64,000 nt of DNA from Candidatus Falkowbacteria bacterium (GTDB lineage: Bacteria > Patescibacteriota > Patescibacteriia > Patescibacteriales > WJLG01): contig CAVVFV010000010.1 in the NCBI GenBank assembly GCA_963747695.1, forward strand, positions 133,618 through 197,617. The letters run 5' to 3'. Position numbers and translations under genes: made by a program. Numbering within the stretch: the first letter of the stretch is position 1; each line of letters opens with the position of its first letter. Below, piece by piece: positions 9,304-17,582 of this stretch. The notes under the pieces are model-generated. The model saw only the letters and a program-made list of their open reading frames with translations, made no database searches and was not told the origin of the DNA.

Positions 9304-10349
9304 TGTGCGCCGGTCCGGCAGCTTCCAACCAGTTCCCTGCCTGCCGGCAGGCAGGGTTGCCCGCTGACGTGCCCCCGGCACGTCAGCGTCGCTCGATCAT
9401 TCGTCTCGGCTTCCGCCTCGACTCATATCTCGCTCGCAACCAGTTCGAATCCCCATATCTTACAAAAATAAAAATCACCCAGAGGGTGATTTTTATTTTT
9501 GTGCGCTCAGAGGGATTTCCGCGTTCGCTCGCCGCCGGAATGCGGCTCGCTCTCTTGTCCAGGGTTGCCCGCTGACGTGCCCCCGGCACGTCAGCGTCGC
9601 TCGATCATTCGTCTCGGCTTCCGCCTCGACTCATATCTCGCTCGCAACCAGTTCGAATCCCCATATCTTACAAAAATAAAAATCACCCAGAGGGTGATTT
9701 TTATTTTTGTGCGCTCAGAGGGATTTCCGCGTTCGCTCGCCGCCGGAATGCGGCTCGCTCTCTTGTCCAGGGTTGCCCGCTGACGTGCCCCCGGCACGTC
9801 AGCGTCGCTCGATCATTCGTCTCGGCTTCCGCCTCGACTCATATCTCGCTCGCAACCAGTTCGAATCCCCATATCTTACAAAAATAAAAATCACCCAGAG
9901 GGTGATTTTTATTTTTGTGCGCTCAGAGGGATTTCCGCGTTCGCTCGCCGCCGGAATGCGGCTCGCTCTCTTGTCCAGGGTTGCCCGCTGACGTGCCCCC
10001 GGCACGTCAGCGTCGCTCGATCATTCGTCTCGGCTTCCGCCTCGACTCATATCTCGCTCGCAACCAGTTCGAATCCCCATATCTTACAAAAATAAAAATC
10101 ACCCAGAGGGTGATTTTTATTTTTGTGCGCTCAGAGGGATTTCCGCGTTCGCTCGCCGCCGGAATGCGGCTCGCTCTCTTGTCCAGGGTTGCCCGCTGAC
10201 GTGCCCCCGGCACGTCAGCGTCGCTCGATCATTCGTCTCGGCTTCCGCCTCGACTCATATCTCGCTCGCAACCAGTTCGAATCCCCATATCTTACAAAAA
10301 TAAAAATCACCCAGAGGGTGATTTTTATTTTTGTGCGCTCAGAGGGATT
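9304..10349. repeat. Perfect 208-bp tandem array. Five copies of a 146-nt body plus an 18-nt tRNA-Lys 3'-end segment, and four copies of a 44-nt spacer, running directly into tRNA-Lys
   Basis: Unit starts at 9354, 9562, 9770, 9978 and 10186. The track shows four identical 68-aa and three identical 94-aa phantom ORFs at 208-nt spacing. A degenerate TGTGCGC at 9304 marks the distal boundary. Confidence 0.95.
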
Positions 10350-10406
10350 CGAACCCACGACCGTCTCCTTAAGAGGGAGCTGCTCTACCAACTGAGCTAT
10401 GAGCGC
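10334..10406 (-). tRNA. tRNA-Lys (anticodon CTT), no encoded CCA
   Basis: Hand-folded: GCGCTCA/TGAGCGC acceptor, GCTC-AGTTGGTA-GAGC D arm, CTCTTAA anticodon loop, GTGGG-TTCGAAT-CCCTC T arm. It has one U-U T-stem mismatch and one G-A anticodon-stem mismatch. Confidence 0.85.
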
Positions 10407-10412
10407 AAAATT

Positions 10413-10528
10413 CAGATTTAAGTTAAGAAAGAAGAGATAAGGGATAAAAATATAATATCAATTTAACAGAAAATAGTCATTTGTCAACAAAAAAATTTCT
10501 TATCTTTTATCTCTTCTCTCTTATCTGA
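10413..10528. repeat. Imperfect palindrome with purine-rich / pyrimidine-rich arms (CAGAT..AAGAGATAAGGGATAA ... TATCTCTTCTCTCTTATCTGA)
   Basis: Arms read directly. The core CTCTTCTCTCTTATCT recurs in trmD and queA, and near-identically in ruvB. Confidence 0.6.
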
Positions 10529-10535
10529 TTTTGTG

Positions 10536-10609
10536 TGGCGGGGGAGAGAATTGAACTCTCGACCTCGGCGTTATGAATGCCGTGCTCTAACCAGCTGAGC
10601 TACCCAGCC
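10536..10609 (-). tRNA. tRNA with CAT anticodon (elongator Met, or Ile2 if lysidine-modified), no encoded CCA
   Basis: Hand-folded to 74 nt: GGCTGGG/CCCCGCC acceptor (one U-C mismatch), TTCATAA anticodon loop, GAGAG-TTCAATT-CTCTC T arm. Confidence 0.8.
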
Positions 10610-10647
10610 AATGTTTTATCTTTTTTTTAGTTTTATAAAGAATATAT

Positions 10648-10698
10648 GCCGTGCTCCCTGTCCCGCTTCGGCGGGATAACCAGCTGAGCTACCCAGCC
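10648..10698 (-). pseudogene. Truncated 5' copy of the CAT tRNA (positions ~1-31) carrying a 20-nt GC hairpin inserted in the D loop
   Basis: GGCTGGGTAGCTCAGCTGGTTA-[TCCCGCCGAAGCGGGACAGG]-GAGCACGGC, then unrelated AT-rich sequence. No anticodon or T arm. Confidence 0.75.
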
Positions 10699-10703
10699 AA
10701 ATT

Positions 10704-10768
10704 CAATTAAAAGTTAAAAATGAAAAATTACAAATAATTTTTAATTTTGCATTTTTAACTTTTAATTG
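10704..10768. repeat. Perfect 19-bp inverted repeat (CAATTAAAAGTTAAAAATG / CATTTTTAACTTTTAATTG) around a 27-nt loop
   Basis: Read directly. Confidence 0.8.
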
Positions 10769-10771
10769 ACT

Positions 10772-10847
10772 TGGTGCGCCCGGCAAGGATCGAACTCGCA
10801 GCCTCTTGGTCCGAAGCCAAGCGCTCTATCCATTGAGCTACGGGCGC
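10772..10847 (-). tRNA. tRNA-Arg (anticodon TCG), CCA encoded
   Basis: GCGCCCG/CGGGCGC acceptor, CTTGG-CTTCGGA-CCAAG anticodon arm, GCGAG-TTCGATC-CTTGC T arm, ACCA end. Confidence 0.9.
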
Positions 10848-10873
10848 AAACAAATTATTATTTTTTTCAAAAA

Positions 10874-10993
10874 GGGTCCGCCCGGTCATCCGACCGGGCG
10901 CCAGGGGTTCATCCCCTGGCGAAGCCATACACTCTATCCAGTTGAGCTACCGGAGCGCAAAAGGTGCGGGGCTATCCATTGAGCTACGAGCGC
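10874..10993 (-). pseudogene. Two truncated 5' copies of tRNA-Arg-like sequence, each followed by GC hairpin(s) and a T-run
   Basis: GCGCTCGTAGCTCAATGGATAG+CCCCGCACCTTTT (10993-10962). GCGCTCCGGTAGCTCAACTGGATAGAGTGTATGGCTTCG plus hairpins CCAGGGG-ATGAA-CCCCTGG and CCCGGTC-GGAT-GACCGGG (10958-10874). No canonical T arm. Confidence 0.7.
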
Positions 10994-11062
10994 GAAAAAA
11001 CTTGCAACCTTTTCCTTCTAAACTAAATTCAACTTAACATAAACGACCTATAAAATCAAATC

Positions 11063-11165
11063 AGGGACAGAGAAGAGTTAAGAGAGAAGGGATAAATTTA
11101 AATAAAAAATATTTTTACACAATCTCTTATCTCTTCCCTCTTATCTGCCCATCTCCCTCTTAACG
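11063..11165. repeat. Second purine/pyrimidine-arm imperfect palindrome (same family as 10413-10528)
   Basis: GAGAAGAGTTAAGAGAGAAGGGATAA ... TCTCTTATCTCTTCCCTCTTATCTG..CTCCCTCTTAAC. Confidence 0.5.
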
Positions 11166-11224
11166 CAAAAGGAAGAGCGAAATAATTTTTCGTCTTCCTT
11201 TTAAGCCACTGTATATGTGAGAAA

Positions 11225-11506
11225 TTATTTACCTTTCAATGAATCCTTTAATCTTTTGCCGGTGCGGAACTTGGCCACTTTAACCTCCGGGATCTGGATG
11301 CGTTCAGTCGGTTTCTGCGGATTGACTCCGCCGCGGGCGTAACGCGTCATGGTTTCAAAAGTGCCGAACCCGGTAATGGAAACATCACTCCCCTTCTTTA
11401 ACTCTTCGATGATGATGTCCACCATGGAGTTGATCATACTCTCGGCGAGTTTCCGGTTAGCGCCGGTCTTCTCCGCGATCTTCTCGATTAAAGTTGCCTT
11501 GTTCAT
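11225..11506 (-). CDS. hup: HU/IHF-family nucleoid DNA-binding protein
   Basis: MNKATLIEKIAEKTG..ITGFGTFE..RGGVNPQKPTERIQIPEVKVAKFRTGKRLKD. Confidence 0.9.
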   Translation of the reverse strand: MNKATLIEKIAEKTGANRKLAESMINSMVDIIIEELKKGSDVSITGFGTFETMTRYARGGVNPQKPTERIQIPEVKVAKFRTGKRLKDSLKGK

Positions 11507-11547
11507 AGTATTTGTTTTTAGTTTATGATGATTTGTTATTTGCTAAC

Positions 11548-11575
11548 ATTATAACAAATCCAAAAAAATTGGCAA
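11548..11575 (-). promoter_or_regulatory. Sigma-70-like promoter for hup (TTGCCA-16-TATAAT on the minus strand)
   Basis: Read on the reverse complement. Confidence 0.5.
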
Positions 11576-11647
11576 GTAATTTTTTACCTTGGCAGTAAGC
11601 CCGTCCAGAACCACCCCCAAACCCCTCCTTCGAAAGGAGGGGAGCCA

Positions 11648-13171
11648 TTATCTGGCGTATTCGATAACGCGGTTTTCGCGGATCACATTAACCTTGATTT
11701 CGCCGGGATACTTCAATTCAGCCTCGATTTTCTTGGCGATTTCACGGGCCAGATTCTGCATACCCAGATCATCGATCTTTTCGGCATTGACAAAGACGCG
11801 GACTTCGCGGCCAGCCTGCAAGGCATAGGATTTTTCCACGCCTTCGAAAGAATTGGTCAGACTTTCCAGTTCTTCCAATCTTTGCAGATAACGTTCATAA
11901 GTGTCGCTGCGGACGCCCGGCCGGGAAGCGGAAATGGCATCGGCAACTTTGACAATGATCGAAATCAAGCCGCGCGGATGATCATCATGGTGGGTTTCGA
12001 TCGGCGCGATGACTTCTTCCGGCAGATTGAATTTCTTGGCGATGTCGCGGCCGATCTCCGGATGTGTTCCCTGAACTTCATGATCGACAGCCTTGCCGAT
12101 ATCGTGGAGCAGACCGGCTTTTTTGGCCAGCGGCACGTCAACGCCCAACTCTTCGGCGAGTAACCCGGAAAGGATAGCGACTTCCACCGAGTGGCGCAAA
12201 GCATTCTGTCCGTAGCTGGTGCGATATTTCAAACGTCCGAGAATCAAGACTAATTTCGGATCAAAACCGGTAATGCCCAATTCATAGATGGCTTCTTCGC
12301 CGGCCTTCTTGATATCCAAGGCCAGATCTTTTTTGGCCTTATCGATCGCCTCTTCGATCTTGGTCGGATGGATGCGGCCGTCTTTGATCAGCGCATCGAG
12401 CGCGCGCTTGGCCACATGGCGGCGGATCGGCGAAAAAGCGGAAATGACGATCGTATTCGGCGTATCATCAACGATGATCTCAACGCCGGCCAATTGTTCG
12501 ATGACTTTGATGTTGCGCCCTTCGCGGCCGATCACCCGTCCTTTCATTTCGTCATTGGGCAGATCGACGTTGGTGGTGGAAATTTCCGGAGTGTAAGAAG
12601 AGACGACGCGCTGCATCGAACTGGCAATCAGTTCTCTCGCCTTTTCGTCGACGGCTTCGTCATTTTCTCTTTCCGCCTTATTCATTCTCGCCACTAAATC
12701 GTCCTTGGCTTCGGCTTCGACATTTTTAAACAGCACTTCCCGAGCCTCTTCCTTGGACATTTCCGCGATCTTTTTTAATTTTTCCAATTGTTCTTCGCGG
12801 ATCACGCGGATCTTTTCTTTCGCTTCTTCGACTTTATTGACCCGGTCGTACAGCTCCTGCTGCTTTTCCTGCAATTCCAATAAGCGTTTGGAAAATGAGC
12901 TTTCACGCTGTTCCAAACGGATCTGCAGGCCGTTCAGTTCTTCGCGGCGCTTGCGTTCTTCTTCTTTGGATTCTTCGATGATCTTTAAGGCCTTGTCCTG
13001 CGCCTTAAGCAAGAGATCTTTTTCTTTGGATCGGGCTTCGTGCAGGATCTTTTCCGATTTGTCTTCGGCGGCGCCGATCTGCTGCGAAACGCGCTGCTTG
13101 CGCACCCAATAACCTAACAAAAAAACTCCCGCGGCAACAATCAGACCAACCAAAATTTCAACAATAATCAT
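11648..13171 (-). CDS. rny: Ribonuclease Y
   Basis: N-terminal TM segment, long K/E coiled coil, KH motif GREGRNIKVIEQLAGVE, HD motif LLHDIGKA..HH. Confidence 0.9.
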   Translation of the reverse strand: MIIVEILVGLIVAAGVFLLGYWVRKQRVSQQIGAAEDKSEKILHEARSKEKDLLLKAQDKALKIIEESKEEERKRREELNGLQIRLEQRESSFSKRLLELQEKQQELYDRVNKVEEAKEKIRVIREEQLEKLKKIAEMSKEEAREVLFKNVEAEAKDDLVARMNKAERENDEAVDEKARELIASSMQRVVSSYTPEISTTNVDLPNDEMKGRVIGREGRNIKVIEQLAGVEIIVDDTPNTIVISAFSPIRRHVAKRALDALIKDGRIHPTKIEEAIDKAKKDLALDIKKAGEEAIYELGITGFDPKLVLILGRLKYRTSYGQNALRHSVEVAILSGLLAEELGVDVPLAKKAGLLHDIGKAVDHEVQGTHPEIGRDIAKKFNLPEEVIAPIETHHDDHPRGLISIIVKVADAISASRPGVRSDTYERYLQRLEELESLTNSFEGVEKSYALQAGREVRVFVNAEKIDDLGMQNLAREIAKKIEAELKYPGEIKVNVIRENRVIEYAR

Positions 13172-13438
13172 AAATAATATGAGTCTGCCCGGGGAGTTTT
13201 TTCGAGTTTAAATTGTGAGAAAAACCAAATTAATTAGCAATGCCAAACGCAGGGATTTATCGATTCCCTTCTTTATATATATGAAGTCTTATAAAGTTTA
13301 CTAGTTTAACCGTAATCATTTTGCTAATTTTAAATGAATTTCACCAAATTATCCTCAGATCCCGAGACAGAAACTGTTTTAAATAATATTAACTTTACAA
13401 ATCATAGCACTAAATTACCAATTTGTAAAGTGTCTGTC

Positions 13439-14479
13439 CTATTGGGCGGTAGTCGGTGTCACGCAGGAAGCATTGCCGGAAGCAGCCGAGCCGGCGGCAG
13501 TGCCGAAACCAGTCGAAGGATCGGTCGAGGAAAGCTGGGTGTTGCATTCGGCCGGCGGCGTGGTAAAGGCCGAACAAATGGTCTTCAGCAGGCTAGCCGG
13601 ATCTCGTTGCGTCTCGATGGTTTGACCATTGATGACCAAAGTCGGAGAACCTTGCACTTGATATTTGGTATTGTCAGCCTTCCAAACATTAAATTGCGGG
13701 AAGCAGTAAGGGCCGCCGGTGGCGCAGTCCGATCCGGTCCAGGTGCTCTTATCATTGAAACCGGCAATGACTTGGTAAGTTTTGTCGGTCGACGCAATAC
13801 AAGAAGCCAATTTGGCAGTATTGATCTTGGTGCTCTTGACGCAAGCGGCGGCTCCCGCCGGGTCACCGTTGCTGGCCAAATAGCAACCGAGGTAAGCCTG
13901 ATAATTTTGCGGCTCATTCTTCTGGATGCAATATTGGCTCAATTCCTCGTTCAATTCAACGGGAACCGTGGTATTATGCATCGAGTAATCGCAGAACTTT
14001 ACGGTAAAATTTATTTTTTTACCCAACGTCTTCACTACCGGCAAAATGCCTTTTTCAATTTCGGTGCCGTACGGGCATTGGCTCATCACGAATAATTCGA
14101 TGGTCGGCTTGGCCGATTTGGTGGTGACGGTTTGCGTGGTCGGAGGTGTTTGCGTGTTAGCCGCGGTCGAAGAAGGGGTAACTTGCGGTTTGGTCATATC
14201 GATCGCCTGCACGAAAAAAGTTGTCGCATCCTTGGTCATATAAGCGTCGACTTTCTGGTTATTGACGTCGATCGACATCTTATACACTCCGCTAAAATCG
14301 GAAATCGTGTCCACCGTCGCCTTGTATGACGCTCCGGCCAAGAGTTGATTGTTAATAAAATCAGTGATCTTAGCCTTGGCCTGATCGGGCGTAAGATTTT
14401 TTGTCGCCTGGGGAGTCTTGAGGCTGCAACCGGTCATCACCAGTACCAACATCAAGCCTAAAATAATGGCTTTTTTCAT
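13439..14479 (-). CDS. Thioredoxin/DsbA-fold lipoprotein (single-Cys CPYG motif, Cys-rich C-terminal half)
   Basis: Lipobox LVMTGCS. FVMSQCPYGTE and QVQGSPTLVINGQ resemble DsbA-family motifs. Divergent neighbour of trxB. Confidence 0.6.
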   Translation of the reverse strand: MKKAIILGLMLVLVMTGCSLKTPQATKNLTPDQAKAKITDFINNQLLAGASYKATVDTISDFSGVYKMSIDVNNQKVDAYMTKDATTFFVQAIDMTKPQVTPSSTAANTQTPPTTQTVTTKSAKPTIELFVMSQCPYGTEIEKGILPVVKTLGKKINFTVKFCDYSMHNTTVPVELNEELSQYCIQKNEPQNYQAYLGCYLASNGDPAGAAACVKSTKINTAKLASCIASTDKTYQVIAGFNDKSTWTGSDCATGGPYCFPQFNVWKADNTKYQVQGSPTLVINGQTIETQRDPASLLKTICSAFTTPPAECNTQLSSTDPSTGFGTAAGSAASGNASCVTPTTAQ

Positions 14480-14560
14480 AATTTTTAGTTTTGAAAATTA
14501 ATTATTGATTAATAATATCCATACTTTATCAAATACGACCAAAGAAGTCAAAAAGAGACA

Positions 14561-14593
14561 AATGTTATATTGCTATATTGTTATATTGTCAAG
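14561..14593. repeat. Half-copy of the ATATTG-octamer palindrome family (TGTTATATTGCTATATTGTTATATTGTC)
   Basis: Same left arm as the elements at 22069, 31129, 36681 and 45696. Confidence 0.6.
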
Positions 14594-14650
14594 ATTGGCT
14601 GGATTTGTATAAAGTATTATGTATAATGTATGATGTATTAGGTATCTTGG

Positions 14651-14750
14651 TTTTAATTTTGTAATTTTTAAATTTTTAAAGAATTTTTAATTCCTAATTT
14701 TTTAAAAATTAAAAATTGGGATTTATTTAAAAATTTAAAAATTATAAAAT
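14651..14750. repeat. AT-only palindromic element (ends TTTTAATTTTGTAATTTTTAAA / TTTAAAAATTATAAAATTA)
   Basis: The left 23 nt are identical to 46551-46573. The right end matches 46659-46672. Confidence 0.65.
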
Positions 14751-14790
14751 TATTGTGTATTTTAAATAATAAATTTTAAATCTAAAGAAT

Positions 14791-15726
14791 ATGTACGATG
14801 TAATAATCATTGGCGGCGGGGCGGCGGCGATGTCGGCGGCGATCTATGCCGCTCGACGGCAGATGAAAACTTTAATGTTCACCAAAGACATCGGCGGACA
14901 GATGATGTGGGCTTCGGTGATTGAAAATTATCCCGGCTTCAAATCCATCCCGGCTCCCGAACTGATCGATAAATTCGCCGAGCAAGTGAAGGAGCTGGGC
15001 GTAGAGATGAAAATCAGCGAAGTGAAAGAAATAAAAAAAAATGCCGACGAGGATTTTGAAGTTTCCGCCGGCAATGAAAAATATTCCGCCAAAACGGTGA
15101 TTGTCGCGATCGGCGCGGCGCACCGCCAGCTCGGCGTCCCGGGCGAAAAAGAATTGGGCGGGCGGGGGGTAGCATATTGCGCCAACTGCGACGGTCCGCT
15201 TTTCCGGAATAAAACCGTGGCCGTGGTCGGCGGCGGCAACAGCGCCCTCGATTCCGCCGGCCTGCTTGCCAAAATAGCCAGCAAAGTGTATCTGATCCAT
15301 CAATTCGATACTTTCCAGGCTTTTGAACACTTGGAAAAAAAAGTCAGGGAATCAGCCAATATCGAGCTGATTTTCCAGAGCAAGGTGGAAGAAATCCTGG
15401 GCGACAAAAAAGTTAAAGCGCTGAAAGTCCGTAATTTAAAAGATAACTCCCTAAAAGAAATTCCCGTGGACGGCATCTTTGTCGAAATCGGCTTTGAAGT
15501 TAGGAATGATCTGGTCAAGAATTTAGTGAAGACCAATGAACGCGACGAAATCATCGTTAACGATAAATATGAAACCTCCCTGCCCGGCTTGTACGCCGCC
15601 GGCGACTGCACCAACGGTCCCTTCCGCCAGATCGTCATCTCAGCAGGTCAAGGCGCGATCGCGGCTTTATCGGCTTATCAATACATCCAGATCAAAGAGG
15701 GTAATGTGAAAAAAATTACCAAATAA
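14791..15726 (+). CDS. trxB: Thioredoxin-disulfide reductase
   Basis: YDVIIIGGGAAAMSAAIYAARR, redox motif CANCDG, second GGGNSA dinucleotide fold. Confidence 0.9.
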   Translation: MYDVIIIGGGAAAMSAAIYAARRQMKTLMFTKDIGGQMMWASVIENYPGFKSIPAPELIDKFAEQVKELGVEMKISEVKEIKKNADEDFEVSAGNEKYSAKTVIVAIGAAHRQLGVPGEKELGGRGVAYCANCDGPLFRNKTVAVVGGGNSALDSAGLLAKIASKVYLIHQFDTFQAFEHLEKKVRESANIELIFQSKVEEILGDKKVKALKVRNLKDNSLKEIPVDGIFVEIGFEVRNDLVKNLVKTNERDEIIVNDKYETSLPGLYAAGDCTNGPFRQIVISAGQGAIAALSAYQYIQIKEGNVKKITK

Positions 15727-15761
15727 TTTAAATTCTTCAATCATCGATCAGCAGCAAAAAA

Positions 15762-15796
15762 ACTCCGCCGGATAAAAGCCGGGCGGAGTTTTTTTA
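15762..15796. terminator. Bidirectional intrinsic terminator
   Basis: A-run, then CTCCGCC..GGCGGAG, then T7. Lies between convergent genes. Confidence 0.7.
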
Positions 15797-15837
15797 AAAA
15801 TCTGATTAGCGCTCAAATAAATAGACAGGGGTTAATA

Positions 15838-16227
15838 TTAAATTACGTCGGGCTTTTGTTTGGTTCTGCTTTTTACGAAATAACTCTCCAATCTTTCTTG
15901 ATAATATTCTTTTTCAGCCGAAGACATCATGACATCAATCAGCTTGTTCAATCTGGTTTCGAACAAATCCTCATAACCATAAAATTCCTTTTGGTCGTCA
16001 GAATTATCCCGATGCCCCAAAAACATTCCATCTTGACCGCGCAAATAACCAAGCGTATTTACCGCCGAAATTATCGCCGGCATCTGCCAGGCCAAATCAT
16101 GCAAATTTTCCTGTTTTTTGGCGCGATCTTCGCCATCGACGAGCTGTTCATCAAGTAAAGTGGCGAATTTTCTGACAAATTCCGCGTACTCTTCACTCGT
16201 GGCGATCTTTCTTAATTGAATGTCCAT
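15838..16227 (-). CDS. Hypothetical protein (129 aa)
   Basis: Clean ORF between a terminator and an AT-rich upstream region. No family recognised. Confidence 0.55.
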   Translation of the reverse strand: MDIQLRKIATSEEYAEFVRKFATLLDEQLVDGEDRAKKQENLHDLAWQMPAIISAVNTLGYLRGQDGMFLGHRDNSDDQKEFYGYEDLFETRLNKLIDVMMSSAEKEYYQERLESYFVKSRTKQKPDVI

Positions 16228-16293
16228 AATTTTTTAATTAAGAATTAATTTTTTATCGTAATTTTTAAAATCGCGGGCGGTAAACCGGCTGAA

Positions 16294-16887
16294 TTATTTT
16301 TTAACCTCAAACATCTCTCCATGACCTGGGATGACATAATCGGCCATCGCTAAAATTTTCCGGCGGCTGGCGGTCAATTGTTTTTTATTTTTAACATAGA
16401 GATCCTCGAGCTTGAGCAAACTCTGACGGTCAGTTTTTTGTTTCTGCTTGTCCCACCACCAAAATACATCACCCGCCACGGCAACGTTTCCGAATTTTTT
16501 CGTTTTTACCAAAACCGAGCAATGAAACTGATCGTGCCCGGGAGTCTTGATTATTTTTATTCCGGTTCTGGGAACTTTTCCCTCATGACCGACATTTTTT
16601 CCGTCCCAAGAAAAGATGACGTTGGCATCGATAATTTTCGCTTGCGCAAAAATACCGGCCAGAAGACAATGATCCGAATGATTATGCGTCAAGATCACAT
16701 AATTTATTTTTTTGACAGACAAACCCTCCTCGGACAGGGCGGCCAAAAGCTTTTTTCTGTCCAGTCCCGGATCGACGATCACGTTTATCCCGTTTTCCCG
16801 GATCAAAGTAACAGTCGAGGAGGCGAACTCGCTGCCGTTTTTTTCCCTGGCATAGCCGGGGACTAAAATTTTAATTTCCGCTGGCAT
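16294..16887 (-). CDS. MBL-fold metallo-hydrolase
   Basis: HxHxDH motif (LTHNHSDHC), later H and D ligands. Confidence 0.8.
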   Translation of the reverse strand: MPAEIKILVPGYAREKNGSEFASSTVTLIRENGINVIVDPGLDRKKLLAALSEEGLSVKKINYVILTHNHSDHCLLAGIFAQAKIIDANVIFSWDGKNVGHEGKVPRTGIKIIKTPGHDQFHCSVLVKTKKFGNVAVAGDVFWWWDKQKQKTDRQSLLKLEDLYVKNKKQLTASRRKILAMADYVIPGHGEMFEVKK

Positions 16888-16897
16888 AAATTTAAGG

Positions 16898-17503
16898 TTA
16901 TTTTTTCCGGGCGATCAGCTCCACCACATTGTGCCAATGCGGTTCGGGACAGCCGATATGTCCGCGGTCGGCAATAGTTTTTTCTTCATATTTAATCAAT
17001 TCAAAATCGGAAAATATTTTTTTCAATTCTCCGGCCGCGACATAACAGTGCCGATTATCCTTCTTGGCGGCCAGCGGCCGTTTGGTGAAGAAACAGGAGA
17101 TGATCACGTATCCCCCGCTCTTAAGGGATTTTTTTATTTCCTCCACGACGCGGAGCGCGTCCGCCTTGGACAAAAAATGCAAAGAATTAAAAGCGTTGAT
17201 GGTCGAGTATTTATCCGGTTCGATCTTAAACGCCGCCATGTCCTGACAGAATAATTTCTGCCGCGCCGCCGGCAGATGTTTGGCGGCCCTGACCTATTCG
17301 ATCTTCTTGATCCCCTCGCGCGAATTGTCTACCGCCGTCACCTTGAATCCGTTCTGCAGCATAAATAAAGAATCCCGGCCCTGGCTGCAACCCAGATCCA
17401 AAAATTCCGAACCCGGCTCCAGCCGCTCAAAAACTTTAGCGAGCAGCCGATTCGACTTTTCTCCCCAAACGTTCTGATGTTTATAGATGCTATCGTACTT
17501 CAT
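16898..17503 (-). pseudogene. Class I SAM-dependent methyltransferase (TehB-like size) interrupted by one in-frame TAG
   Basis: ORFs 17294-17503 (motif I FLDLGCSQGRD) and 16898-17239 are in the same frame. The only interruption is TAG at 17294-17296, followed by 18 sense codons. Confidence 0.7.
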
Positions 17504-17582
17504 TGATTGTCTTTTACCTTATTATCGGCTAAGATTATCGTAACTTCACTATATCACCGATTTTATCAATCTTACAATAATT

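Noticed and set aside
9304-10349. CRISPR array interpretation of the 208-bp periodicity
   Set aside because: The whole 208-bp period is identical between copies, so there are no unique spacers. The unit length is far outside the CRISPR repeat-plus-spacer range, and no cas genes are present.
9357-10395. Series of identical 68-aa (minus) and 94-aa (plus) ORFs
   Set aside because: They are produced by the 208-bp tandem repeat, which keeps frames open by periodic repetition. They span perfect hairpins and tRNA-derived sequence, and have no ribosome-binding sites.
10648-10993. Split or permuted tRNA genes (Nanoarchaeum-like halves)
   Set aside because: Only 5' fragments are present, and they duplicate intact tRNAs located next to them. 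I could find no matching 3' halves with complementary leader sequences.
13334-14095. 253-aa plus-strand ORF
   Set aside because: It is antisense to the DsbA-like lipoprotein gene. It has an Arg/Gly-rich low-complexity translation typical of the opposite strand of a real gene.
16898-17503. TAG reassignment (alternative genetic code) as an explanation for the in-frame TAG
   Set aside because: TAG terminates the PurE-like gene (5477-5479, directly before a terminator) and rnhB. TGA and TAA also end well-supported genes, so the standard code fits.
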